DNA of 64,000 bases from Yuukianura sp. NJ FZ-2021 (taxonomy: Eukaryota), in NCBI GenBank assembly GCA_046563655.1, contig CM102286.1, positions 7,316,001-7,380,000 of the forward strand. The letters are read 5' to 3'. Under the pieces are notes generated by a model that ran no database searches, was not told where the DNA came from, and worked only from the letters and a program-made list of their open reading frames with translations. Shown one piece after another: positions 37,264 through 50,259 of the stretch; positions within the stretch are counted from its first letter, which is position 1; every line of letters begins with the position of its first letter. Position numbers and translations under genes: made by a program.

Positions 37264-37773
37264 ATGAAGGCCCTGGCAACTCAATTGACATCATCTTTCA
37301 GAAGCCTCCTAGATAACGATTCCCAGTCCCTAACAGACGACAAATTGTGTCAGATCTCCGAGAAGCGACACGGAAAGTGTTCTACTTCAGTACTGATGAA
37401 GCGAATTGCAGAAGCCACACACAAGCGCAGAACATTCCGGAAAAGGTCACGCTGTAGCGATCTACGTGCAGAGGCAATCCTATCCAATATGATCAAATTG
37501 GCCAAAAATGACTTAGCAAAACGACAAGAAGAGAAACGGAAGAAGGCGAAGACTTTCTCCTACCATTTAAGCGTAACTAGTCAAAACTATTTTTGTTCCG
37601 GACCATCAGACGAGGAATTCCTGTGCAAGGCGCAGGACCCGTCAAATGAAGACGAAGTCATGGGCGGTGACCAACTCAAGTCTCACATATTGGAAAGCCT
37701 TGACTCATTTTTCCAAGGTTTGAATACCATAAGGTCATGCAGTGACCTGCCTCAGCCATGCCAGAGCTACTAA
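37264..37773 (+). CDS. Uncharacterised 169-aa protein, possibly SERTA/IER-like
   Basis: Single-exon ORF from ATG 37264; probable 5'UTR intron from the donor near 35856 (ataag/gtaagc) to the acceptor near 37101. DLRAEAILSNMIKLAK and an acidic tail ending LESLDSFF loosely recall SERTA-domain proteins. Confidence 0.65.
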   Translation: MKALATQLTSSFRSLLDNDSQSLTDDKLCQISEKRHGKCSTSVLMKRIAEATHKRRTFRKRSRCSDLRAEAILSNMIKLAKNDLAKRQEEKRKKAKTFSYHLSVTSQNYFCSGPSDEEFLCKAQDPSNEDEVMGGDQLKSHILESLDSFFQGLNTIRSCSDLPQPCQSY

Positions 37774-40700
37774 TTATACATCCAGAAATCGACTGAATAA
37801 TTTAATAGGATTTGCTCCATCATTCTGTGATAATAGCTTAATTTGACTCACAACATATCCATCGTTGACGCGGAACGTTACATTACGGCAACGAACTTAT
37901 GTGTATACATTGTATTATTGACAACCTATTGAGTTTATAATGAAGGATGTTGAAATTAACCAAATCGTTTTTATTTGTGTGAATGCTGTATGTCTAACTT
38001 CAATTTGAATCCTTTCAGTACCTACGAACATGGGAAGTCTGGGGTTGACTGTCACCTCGTCCTCTTGGGAGTTTAAGTCAGGTCACCTTTCACCCCACCA
38101 CCATCACGGATTTCGGTAATTGGGTACTAAAGTATAGTATAAGGTCCTCCCATCGATCAGAAGGAAGTACACGGTTCTCAAGCAACGATTGTAAGGACGT
38201 TCGTATTAAATTATTACGGGTTTCGGGGAACAAAACGGGGTTTGAGTTTGAGACTTAGGAGGCGTAAGAGGTACGATGCATCGGGATCGGATCGGCGAAA
38301 CAAATTAAGGTCGGTCGGAGCACAGATTGAGAATTTTGACGAGATGTCTAACCACGTACGACAGGCAGAGGCCACGTTAAGATATGTCGAGGACGCACGG
38401 AGAGAAACGTGATTTGGTGTACGCAACAGGTTATCATCTACTATTTATAAATCTTCATAACTCATTGACTTTTAGTGGGGATTTCAAAAACAACGAGGTT
38501 GCACGTAAGGGGGTGGGGAGGCTAATGTTTTTTTAAGTCTGAGATTGCAGAGTTTCCCTGGTTTGCTGCCGGTTTTTTCTAATATTGTCACGGTAATTCG
38601 CGTAAGGTCAACGTCCTAGGTGCTTTTACATTGACATCATTTTGTAATCATGTGTCGTTCCAACTTGTGCATTTCTTTAATCTCACATTTTCTTAAATTT
38701 TTTATAATGTTCCGATCTCTTAAAGCTGCAATTTTCTTTGATAAGGCTTAAAACAAGCTGTGCTCGAGAGTACAAGTCCATTTGACCACGAATGCTGTCC
38801 TCACGCTTTGATGTGGCATTATTAGACAACCAACCACTAAATTAACAGTAACGGAGCAAGCGGTAACGGACTTTAGAACTTCTAATGACAAATTGACAAG
38901 TCATGGCTTTAGTTGGATGATTATGCGGTCATTGGTATTTTAAAAGTCTTAGCTTTACGGCTTGTTTGGTATAACTGCCATGCCTTTTCTTTCTTTTGTG
39001 TGATAAACGTAGTCGGCCTGAAAACAGTAAGTCTGCGACACAAGCAGGATTTGCATTTCGACTCGGTTTTTAACGACATCTACGTACCAACGTACCAACG
39101 TTCAACTGTATTGATGGTAACCCGAAATTTTTTTTTCCAAGAAACTTACATGCCCAGTATCATTTGAGGTTTCGTAACTGCTATGGGAAGTATTTTTGTG
39201 CTGAGTTTTGTTTACAGTTTATCCAAGACATGACAATTCCAATTTTCTATGAGTAGTTCCGGACTCCGGCGAATGAATTTTTTCCGAAGCCAGTCGTCAA
39301 GCAACACCTTATGAATCATGAAGTTGAATTATTTTAAGAAAATATTTTTGATGACACTGGCATAAATTTTAGGGGGCTACCATGTTCGTTTTTTTAAATA
39401 TGTGTTTTAGGCGATGTGTTTTTCGGTCGGCCATATGCTTCGAAAACTTTTGTTAAATCTCATTGGGTTTGGTCAAGTTTGAAATATGTGTTTACTAATA
39501 TTGAATTTTGGAATGTGTTAAGTTTGGTAATGAAAACTTGCGAATTTCTGTTCCCTTTCTTTGTGTGTAGGCAAGTATTTCTCTTGGGATTTGGGATGAG
39601 AATGGCCACGGCCACACTACGATCTGTAACTTCTACATGGAATGAAATGATAAATGGCGTCATGGTTTGTGAAGTTAAAATTGAGGTTAAACATTCCGGT
39701 AAGAGCCTAGATAGGTTGAAAGTAATTGTTAACTATACGTAATTAGAAATGTTACATTAGATAGTATCATCAGTTAAATTCAAAGCACATGCTTTTAGGC
39801 GTAAATGCCATTTGGCAGTAGGGAGTTTTTTCTTTGTCCTTACGTAGGAAATTCGTCAACACCACGAGCTTTATCGGAAGCCAAGCAGAATTTGTCAGCG
39901 TTCGAAGATTAGAAGGCAAATGATTTCCTCCCCTGTCCCAAATGAACGCTGCTGGACCAGTAAGTTGTCTCTTGTCATTGTCAAGGTCCTCACCCTGGAG
40001 TATTTTCAGAAATATGTCAAGATGCAGGAGATATTGGCAGAATGAGGTCTTTCGAAAGAATTCTCGGATGCTGATGAGCTAACAAATTTCATGAATGAGG
40101 TCAACTCTGAAAGGAGAATATCGGGAATCGGTCAAAATTTTTCAGTCATACAGAAAAGTAGTCCCTGTTAAAGCCGCAGATAAATGGTGGAATGTGTTTG
40201 TTTTCTCTAGTGAACTACGTTTGTCAAATGCAGTCAATATGGAGTGTATACAGTGACGACAGACAAGTATTTCCCGACTGGTTCGGACGTTTGTAAGTGA
40301 AAGTTATTTATCCACTAGTGCCTACTGCCTAGTTCAATTTTTTAAGCGATTGTGTCGTGCCTTTTCGTGTTTTTTCTTCATCTTACAAGTTCAAGGTTTT
40401 GATAAGTTCGAGATCTCAATGTTTACATGGACGTATATTTTTGTGTAAAAGACGTTATATTTTTAACGTAACTTCGTAAGCAACGTATTCTACATAGGTA
40501 TGTTCGTAGAGGTTAAATATTGTGGTAGTAGGTTGTTTCGTGTTGTATTTACCACCACTGTAGGTTTTCGTCCGACACCTGACCGGCGAGCACTTCGTTG
40601 TAACCGGAAGCAGGGAGTCGCTTGGGAGTTTGCAATAAATGCAGCCAAGAGGTCAGATCAAAGAAGTTTCTGAAACGGATTGAAGTTGTTTGTGAACGCG

Positions 40701-42218
40701 ACATGCGAATGAATTTGGATGAAATTTCTGGTATTTTGCAAAAGAAACGAGAAGTATCCGTATTTTCAAGTATTCAGTCACTCCATTACAATACCCCCTT
40801 CATCAGGATAATTCATCTTTTAATTTGAATCCACTCAACGTTTCCTCCTACAACGTCTTACGTCCCGCACAGGCTCATTTTTCAACTTAGAAGATTGCAA
40901 CTGAATTCGATAGAAGTCTTTGCGGAGATATCGTCCTTCAATTTTGAAAATCTAGAACCAACCAGAGAACGCAATCAGCTTAGGCGTAATTCGGGTCTTT
41001 TCTCTTTTTGCGGCTACTTCAAGGGGTTACAGAAATCGGTTTACAAGAGAATTGCTAATCAAATACCAGCAGAATCCATCCAACCCAGCCTTGGCCCTCA
41101 GCACTTACCGTAATTCGGTTTATTCGCTAACTTCAACCACAGTTCTCTTCCCTACCATCACCGCAACCCCCAGCGCAGACGCAGAGTACAGGTCATTTTC
41201 AATTTTTCGGAGTATGGAAAACGTCAGCATTCTTTCGTACAACGTTCCTTGATACCAAGTAGAAGGCCATAGGGCAACCCAATCGAACATTGCAGTATTG
41301 CCAGTCTAATTCGTCCACGGTTTCGAATTGATCTCATCCGCCCTTACGTTTAGTCCATCGTCCACTGGTCTACTCCAATTCACAATTCCCTTCAATCGCT
41401 AAAGAGAAGCTGTGACCCCGATGTATTCTACTAAAGTTTCCGATCTACCAATCAGGTTTTCACAAACAACGCGCACAGTCTTCACGCAACAGTTTTCGGC
41501 ATTCAAGTTAAAGCGTTTGAGTCTTTCTTCGTACAAATGAAACCAACAATTTTGAAGTCTCCCCTAATGCAGCTCAGGTCAGTTTGTTTCCAATGAATTC
41601 CAAAAATGGCGGGTGTTTTTTTTTTGGCGATTTAGGAGTCAAGTTGGGTTCCGGTATGAAGTGTTTGGCGCTCTATGAATCCGTTGACCCAATCCCGAGT
41701 TTAGAAGAGGATTTGCACTAGGAGAATATCTCACGAATCGTTTCCCAATTCAGCTAACGAAACTACTACTCAGTCAGTAATTTTCAACCTTACAACCTCT
41801 AGAATCGATCCTCAGCAGTTTTCATCCCGTAGAATCGGTCTCAGCAATTTTCAACTTCACGACGTCTAGAATCGGTCGTCCTCGCTTTTCAATTTTGCGA
41901 AAATAATCGGGAAATCTTTTCGGGGGGAATCAATCGGTTTACGTCAGAAAATGAAATGCCAGGGTCAGGAGTCAGGAAGATTCAATCAAAGCCTTGAGAG
42001 GGATGATCCCAATTTACACTTACTTCGTCGTACAACGGTAGCTTCTTCCCCTTAGTAGTGGGCTCAATATTGCAGGAGAGGAAATTATCCGGGCGCGTAC
42101 AACAGGAGAAAGAGGCAGGAGCACAACAGTACATTTTTTCAACAATCATCTTCCGCCAGGCAGTTCATCAGGAATAAGAGGGAATGTTATCGTCAGTCCG
42201 TTGAGGCTTTTTTGCCAT

Positions 42219-42580
42219 TTGTCAAACCCCAACGTCAAAAAATTCAAACATTTCATCAATTACGAAGAATTTCAATTTTTCAATACGAAGTTTGAGTCAA
42301 TAGCCTAGACAGGCGTGAAAACTTTATCTCCCGAATCGGTACTTACACTACTCCTTCAGTTACGAAACACCATACTTTGTCAGAATATGCTCTTTACCAG
42401 TTGTCAAATTCCAACATCACAAAATTCAAATATTTCGTCAATTACGAAGAACTTCAATCTTTCACTACGAAATTTAAGGCAATAGCTTAGACAGGCGTGA
42501 AAACTTTCTCCGGAAACTTTCCCGAATCGGTATTTACACCACGCCTTCAGTTACTAAACACCACACTGTGTCAGAATATG
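42219..42580 (+). repeat. Diverged tandem duplication, 2 x about 175 bp
   Basis: 42219-42389 and 42401-42580 share TTGTCAAA...TCAATTACGAAGAA...TAGACAGGCGTGAAAACTTT...CCCGAATCGGTA...GTCAGAATATG. Confidence 0.9.
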
Positions 42581-45500
42581 AGCTTGCGTCGTATCCACTA
42601 CAAGCGGTCCCACCTAAGATTCAGAAATGCGTATCACCACCATTAAGGTTTCGTTAAGCCACTCAACTCTTGTTGCAGTATTCCTTGACCATCGTTCCAA
42701 TCATGAAGCAGACGGAAAAGTAATTGATTTTGATCGTGTTTAAAGCGGAAAATCTGGAGATTTGAAAATTTAGTCCAACGGACGCAACTTCAATTTCGGT
42801 ATCTTTCTTTTTCGGAAAAATTCAGCCTCAGTCTGTAGTCACCTTCAACATTTTTAAATCAGTTTTTTGGACCCCAAAGCGTCGTTTACAGAAGTTTTTC
42901 ATGTCTCAACACTTACAGCAGGGTAACGTTTGGATCAGCCCTTCCAACATGCTCTTTGGCCCGAATTGAATGTCTCATGTCGTCTCAAGGCTACAAATGT
43001 TAATCAGTCAACAGAAACAGTACTAGCAATGGGTAAACGTTTTGTGTATTCACTGGATCAGGATCCATCAGTCGGCAGGCGGGAGGTCAGTCAAAGGTCA
43101 AATTTTAAACTCCCGGGTACTAAAAAGTAAAGCGAAATTGGAAATCAGTCAACGTAACATCCATTTCCGTCCATGTAAGAATACTCGAAGCATACCTTGG
43201 TGAGGCCTCTTATACTTTCATCATAATGCTCTCCGTCCCAGCAAACGTCTTTTGCTAACGTAGGAAGGACTGCTAGTCGTTTTACAAACGCTCACGGTAC
43301 GTAAAAGTTGATTAGAATTTGTTATTTCTAGCAGCTTCTTGAAAGAATTTTAATACTTTTCGGTTTTTATAACTTGGTGGTCTTTGTTTGTGGTTCAGAA
43401 TTTCAAGTCAACTTTAAATACAAATCAGAGTCTATGTACTTCCGGGTAGCAGAAGATGTTTTGTTGCTGATGCTACGGATAAGGTTTGGACTAGAACAAT
43501 GGTTTCCTCGTCGGTCGTCCATGACAAATAACATGTCCCAGTCGCCACTAGGATTCGTTGCAGTTAGATTTTGACCTTAGGGAGGATGTGAGTTACATTC
43601 GAAATACATCGGTGAAATGCGGTCATTTACTAGAAGCTTTCATTACTGAACTACGAAGTATCTCAATAATCTCGTCGGTAACTCTTTTCGTATTGGTCAA
43701 GCTTTTCAAAAGCTTCAGTCTTCAAAGGTACCTTTGTCAAGTGTTAGTTTTTAATGAAAATATAACTTACAGAATCTTAACTAAATTGATGACTTAACTA
43801 ACATTAGGTTTTGAAGTACTAGCAAGAAGTACGGGATCAACTTTAGTGAGGGTCAGGATAAATCTTTGCTAAAGATTTTTCTTTGGAAGTTGCAGTCTTG
43901 CTCATTTCAACTTTTAAAGCTGATCAGCATCAAAGTCAGTCCAGTCCAATACAAAGTTAATGTCGTCATGAGAAATCCAAATCCTCCCGCAAGTCGTCCA
44001 TCTCAGACGTTTATACCAGAAATTAGCAGTTCGTTTTAAAAACATCACTCGTAATCTGTGACGTAAAGTTTTCAGAAGTTTCAGAAGTTGATTTTTCAAT
44101 TATGAATTGGAATGTGTCACCTCGGGAGCTGTAAAAACCTAATCGCTTTTCAAATTCTTAACCATAACCAGGAGGGAGGGATGCTCAAATACTAGCTTAA
44201 TCGTTTTCTACTGTACCGTCATGCCCAAGAATGTGATTTTGCACGAATCTTCCTTACACCGATCTCAATAGTCGTCCTAAATGCTGAACACCGCCTTTGC
44301 CTTCTACCACAGCCTTAGCCGTTTTCTTCCTTCCGATGAATTTGATGATTTGAAGCATTTGTGGCCCTCATCTTTGCCTACTTCATCTTTCCTTCCATGC
44401 TTTCCAACATTGTGGCCTACTCCTACCCAGTATTGTCAGTATTTTTGAAACGCAGTCGGACCTACTAAAGAAACTGTTTTGAGTACACGAGTAACTCGGG
44501 TTTACTTTGAAGAGAAGTATAAGGAAAGAATTCTAAAGTTGTTGGAAGTATCGAGAAGTATTAAATGCGGATAAAAGCTCAGACCCCAATGTCTTGTATT
44601 ATTGAAAAAGTATTTTGAAGTCATTTCTGAAGCCAGTGATTCTTGTTGATGAGCCCGGGAAGGGGTCCGACGTCGTAAGGTACAGAAGTACTAAAACCCC
44701 GGGCTATGAGTCGCTTGATGAGGCTTCCGGCGTCGAAGGCATTACCGCCTGTTCCAGACCCAATAATTGTGATATAAATAGTTAAACGAACTGTGCCATT
44801 TTTGTAACTATTGTATTTTGTTCATTTCGTTTTTTTTTGAAAACATGCCTTAATAAAAAGAATTGAACTGAATCTATAATGAAATGAGATTTGAATGTTT
44901 CATTTGATGTTGAGGACAACTTTCATTTTTAGTAATCGGTTGGTTTAGCTTCGTCCAATCCGAAATTTTTGGACACTCCTGTCAAGGTCACATACATATA
45001 GCTGTTTTAGATTTCTCGATTCAGCATTCAACCCGTATCTAATGAACGTTCCGAGAATATTTAGCTGAATGGGCTGTTCTGTGAGTATGCTGAAGACGCA
45101 AGTTCCTGGTTTCATTTTGTTAGTTGTTAGCGTACCGTCGTCGAACAGTCCGAACACTATACATCCGAGTGATGAGCCATATTCTGTCCAGGAAACGTCA
45201 ATTCAACTTTAGGAAATTTTTCGCTCACTTATGTACGAGATGTACTCTCTCATCCTAACTTCAACCAACTAAGGGATTTGTATGTCGAACACGATTTGAC
45301 AGTCAAACGCGAGGGGTTGCTATAACATGATGATCATTGTTGACTTGAAACTCTCGTCAGGTCAGTCGTCCCTCGTCCGTCAATGACGACACCAATCATA
45401 GGATCCACGTCTAACGATTTGGATATTCTAAACACTTTCTCAACATGTTTCAACCTTAATGTTGAAAGTGAAACCGGAGAATGAAAGTAAAAAATAGAAC

Positions 45501-45916
45501 CTATGAAAAACGTTGTGAGGAGAACGTAGGTGAGTTGCTGAAGCGTGGACGGGAGAGGGCGTTTGTCACCTTGAGCTTTGAGGTCGGATATCAAATTTCT
45601 TGGATTCGTTCTTAAGAACGTGGGTGAGGATAAGTGAGAGATTGGGACTGTTTAAAAATAACGTTATGTGAATATAAGGTGGCTGGATTGGGTCACGTCT
45701 ACGGAATGTAGGTTTCTGGGGGAAAGTTCTATTTTTGTGATATGAAATTTGCAAAGTGGGGTCTTTATGAAGTCGGAATCTGGACACAGCGGAGCTCAGT
45801 CGACAGACGCTTGTTCACAGATCAGCTCATCGACAGAGGTAACTGATAACACATACCTGGAGCATCTTCACAATAAACTGCTTTATTTCGTTCCAGGATA
45901 AGCCAAAGAATCCAGC

Positions 45917-46740
45917 ATGTCACCAAGTCCCTTGTACAGAGTAGGCGGTGGAGGATACTACCTCACTTCTTATGACCACGATTATTATGGTAACAAATCA
46001 AAATGTCAGGATTGGTCAGACTTAGGTTGTGTCAATTTAAAAATGTTGTTGTAATTATTAAAGGTGGCAAAACACCGGCCTACTACTCGAGATCATACTG
46101 GGACAGTTTGTCGGAAACGACAAAACCATTTGTGAAGATTGAAGAGCTGGATAGCAGTACGAACAGTGTCATTTCCAGGAAAAACTACGCCTACACACCG
46201 TCGTCGCTGGCTCTCTACTCGGGCTTAGGACTCTCGTCGTACGTCTCTCCCTCATGTAATCAACACCATCAGTTTACGTATTTAGTAGTCGATTTTCGGT
46301 AGTTGATTAATCATGTTTTATTTTTAGCGCTGATTTACCCAACGACACTCTCCGATTACTACCCCTACTACCGTATGTCGACGTCACTGTGGAACGCTGA
46401 TCCCATCACCTACAGCAAAGCGCTACTCTCCGTGCCATCGCACTACTACAGCCCATACAGCTCCCTGTACACGCCTTGGAGAACGTCATTGTACGCGCCA
46501 TGGAGGCGGAGCTACTACTTGCCAGTGACTGACATGTCTTACTACATCAACAGACTCCTCCCCTACTACTACCATCCACGCCCAGTGTACCACACTACCT
46601 ATGCACCCAACTACCACTACCACTACGACCCACCACGCACTTCGGTGACACGAACCACAAGGTCATGCATTGTACCACAAGTGACCTATACGCCTGCCCT
46701 CACATACTACCGCTCTTATTCTTCAAACTACCTTCTCTGA
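45917..46740 (+). CDS. Tyr/Ser/Pro/Thr-rich low-complexity protein, about 225 aa, no signal peptide
   Basis: Exons 45917-45989, 46064-46255, 46328-46740 in phase; strong TAC codon bias; starts MSPSPLYRVGGGGYYLTSYDHDYY. Confidence 0.8.
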
Positions 46741-47059
46741 ACACATCGTCACTTAAGGGCCCACCCTACGCCTCACTTCCCTGCAAACAACGCTTCTTCT
46801 CTCAAAGCTCAAGGGCTTAACGTAACTCTAAATCCTAGAATTCGAACAAATATAGCAGAATTATGCTTCACTTGAACATTGTGACGGTAGAATTACTTTA
46901 AATATGTCGTTGATTTATATGATACATTTGGAAACCAATCTCTGTGTTTCAAGTTTCAGTCTTGTTCGTTTGTATTTGAATTTGGTACAAAACAACATGC
47001 GCATGCATTACGGTTACAAGTGGTAGAACAATGTGAATGGGGTAGGTATTGACTTCCAA

Positions 47060-48326
47060 TTAGTTTGGAACATGCTTATCAGCATGATACAGTTTGAAGA
47101 TGGCGCTGAGAACGGGTGCAGTATCAGGGTCCGACAGCCACAAGTTTGCAGACGACGAACTCTCGATGATTCCAAGGAATGCTTGTAGAATCTTTGGACT
47201 GTTGAAGCCAAGACGAATGATGGGATTGGAGACGATGGAATTGAGTAAACGACTAGATGGATCCAGTCCAATCACTTTGTCTTCAGCAATTTCACGATCC
47301 TCGGACAACAGCCAGTGGGAAGCATGTATCTTGCTGTTCTTCCCAACTCTCAGAGCATCAACGATTTCAGCATCCTGGTAACCCATAGCTCGAAGAGACT
47401 CCAGGGCAGATTGATTGGGACGAAACTCTCGCTTCTTTAGTTCGATCAGTCCGGCAACAATTCCGAGCGGAGTCGTCTCAATTTCAGGTGGAGGAGGATA
47501 GGTAAATGAAGTTCCAGGGATAGCACGATTGCTACAATGAGCCAATCGATTTTTGACTTTGGCATGCATCTAAATTGTGAATTGTGAATTAGTAATGAAT
47601 ATAGATTTTTAACACTATCCGAAAGATGTATAGAACTTACGTCGCGGCAAACAGTTTCCGCATCAGGGTTTCCGTTCAATAAAGTAGACATCACCGAAAT
47701 CAAAGAGATCAAGATTTTTCTCAGCTCAAGTTGAAACTGAAACGAAAATTATACTGAAGACGGAGTCAAATGACAGAGGAATCACACAATATAAATATCG
47801 ATCTTAGAAACGCCTTACGTCTCCTTCAGACCAACTCTGAAACGTCGCTCCAGTTTGTGAACTTGTCCCTGTGGATGGCCCCGGCGCAGAATCGGAGGCT
47901 GACAGATTACGGGTAGCTTCGTCAATATCCTCTTGGGTGGGTCCCTTCAACTCAATGTCCATGGTTAACGGCTCCTCGACTAGCGAGCGTCTTCGAACCA
48001 GCAGCAGAATATCGTTATCCTTCAGCTTCTCGTCATGAATAGTATGGGCGTCAGCAAGCGTGCGAAACTCACTTGGGTACACAACTGTGATAATAAATGT
48101 GTGTTTAGTATAGTGATTACGATGTGATGCCAATGAAATCAAAATTACCTCGGAATCCATCCCAATTCACATCAATGTTTGGCACATTATAAAACTTTTC
48201 GAATGCCTTTTGTTTCAGCTCGGCAATTGTAACGTTGGGATCCATTTGTACATTCCATATTTGACATTCCGCATTCATGATTTGCAGCTTAGTGCCCATG
48301 AGCATAGTGGACTCAGATACGAACAT
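47060..48326 (-). CDS. UBAC1: Ubiquitin-associated domain-containing protein 1 (KPC2): UBL + UBA + STI1-like
   Basis: Exons 48326-48149, 48084-47819, 47736-47641, 47569-47060. MFVSE start, FQLELRKILISLI, KKREFRPNQSALESLRAMGY..DALRV..ASHWLL, GLDPSS..NPIIRLGFNSPKIL..DPDTAPVL. Confidence 0.88.
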
Positions 48327-48893
48327 AATAATTCTTGTGAGAGTTCTCCCCTGCTGCGGGTGCAGTGTTTATCTTCACAAATGCTGCGATGTGACTCCGT
48401 GAACCTGAAAAATTAATAAATAAAAATTTAATTTATGTTTTTTTTTAGTTTTAGGCTTGTTAGGATGCCAACCGTGTTTGTTTGTTTACTTTCGCTCACT
48501 TCAAACACGGTTGGGTTTCACTCCATAAGGCGAGTGTGTATAATGTTGAGAGATGGGAAATCCGCGGAATCCGCGGATTGTGCATCATGCACAATTTTTG
48601 TTGAACGAAGGAAATTCGTTTGCTTGTGCCCGCTTGGCGAATCAAAGGCAGAAAAAAAACGTAAAGCGCTATGAATCTCATAGAACGCAAAACATTCTCA
48701 CACTTTCCAAATAATTCCTTAAATTGTATTTCTAAGCTTCGCCAAATTAGAGTAAATAGTTTACTTTACAATTGTGGGCACAAGCGTAACTTCGTGTGAC
48801 CTCCAACCGGGGTCACTTGGAAACAACTTTTTGATTTTGTTTATTTTTTTGAAAACATTTCGTCAAATGGAGTGAGACCAGAGTAGTTTTAGG

Positions 48894-49232
48894 CAGGGAG
48901 GAAAACCCCGTATGGATGGAGCTATGGGTGAAACACCCCATCCAGGCGCGAAGCGCCTGGACCACCCCCCACCCCCTTGCCAACGTTTTTCGTAAAATTC
49001 CGACAAAAACTAGCGCGAAATCACGGTTCGGTAACTCAAACTCTAAATTTTATTGCGTCTTTGGCGCAAATACAACGCTTTTAAGCCGAAATCCGCCTCC
49101 AAACTGCGTTTTTGTTTCTAAAAACTAAAAATTTAGTGCGCTATTCAGGGGGCCAAGTGCCCCCCCCCCCACCCACCCCCCGGCCAAGCTAGGCGACCAC
49201 CCCTCCAAGGATCACTGAGGTTTTCCTCCCTG
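48894..49232. mobile_element. hAT-type MITE (339 bp)
   Basis: 14-bp TIR CAGGGAGGAAAACC / GGTTTTCCTCCCTG with 8-bp TSD GTTTTAGG (48886-48893, 49233-49240). Confidence 0.92.
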
Positions 49233-50259
49233 GTTTTAGGTCTGGTAAAATCCTAACGGGTGAATTTGATGTATTAATGGCATATCTCCCGATTCGCTTG
49301 CGTATTTATAATTTTGCGTCAGTTTAGTAATCTGAAGGTCGACAAACGCAACAAACCGATCATTCCGAGACACCAAAGGAAAAGTGAAGATTTAGATTCA
49401 GTACCTTAACAATGGCTGAAATTAAAACCTGTCAACAGAACTGTACTAGCCCTTGTTAATATGCAGGGACAGCGGCTCAACTTTTGGTTGTAAAATTACC
49501 TACTGCAATTCTCGTATCCGTCCGTTCTGTTCAACGTTCAAAACAACATTCTCGAAGTTAATGTAGCGGTTCTCTATCTTTACGTTAGCTAACACACACA
49601 GCTGATAGATACCGTATAATGGCGAACTAATCCGCTGAAAACTCTGAAAACTCAGATATTCCCGTGTTCGACTTTTGTGTTTGAAAACAATAGTGTCAGA
49701 GATGGGCCGGAGATAATCAATAGTATACTATACAGACAGGGGCTATTCGCATAGATTATTATAGCATTGTAATTTTGAATATGTTTGATCGATGGAATTT
49801 TATAGCTTCAACGATTTATAACTTATTTAATCCATAATTCTATTTATTCATAAAGAATTAACTTGTAAATACTACAACGTTTCATGCCATTCCCATTCCT
49901 TCTACAGCGGGAAACTTCTCCAGTAAGGCGGTGTGAGTTTTAGTGTAGGTAACTTTTTCTCAAACGCTCTTCCTTAGTACAAACGTAAACAAACATTAGT
50001 TGATTAATTAACATAACCTCCTGATTGAATGTGCAACAATTTAATACCGATTGATTGATAAGCCGTCGCGTGTCGCGTCGTCCCAAATTCCATCTTCCAC
50101 TTGCATCTTGTCTTACTTTGTGTTTCCGATCAGCTAAGCTTCTTTAAAATATCTTCCATTTTTATTCATTTTTGATTGGAGTCGGTGATTCAGGTCAATT
50201 TCCGCAAGGAGGTCCAATTATTGACCTTCAAACGGCTGCTGTGCTGTACTACCTTCGTC

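Noticed and set aside
38143..38412. Open plus-strand frame of about 90 codons with RLRRRKRY
   Set aside because: No early ATG, no clear acceptor, no recognisable homology.
40521..40542. let-7-like 22-mer TGTGGTAGTAGGTTGTTTCGTG
   Set aside because: Mismatch in the seed, and no convincing precursor hairpin with a matching star arm.
44945..45594. Short minus-strand ORFs that might form a gene divergent from the Tyr-rich gene
   Set aside because: Could not join them into a continuous frame with credible splice sites.
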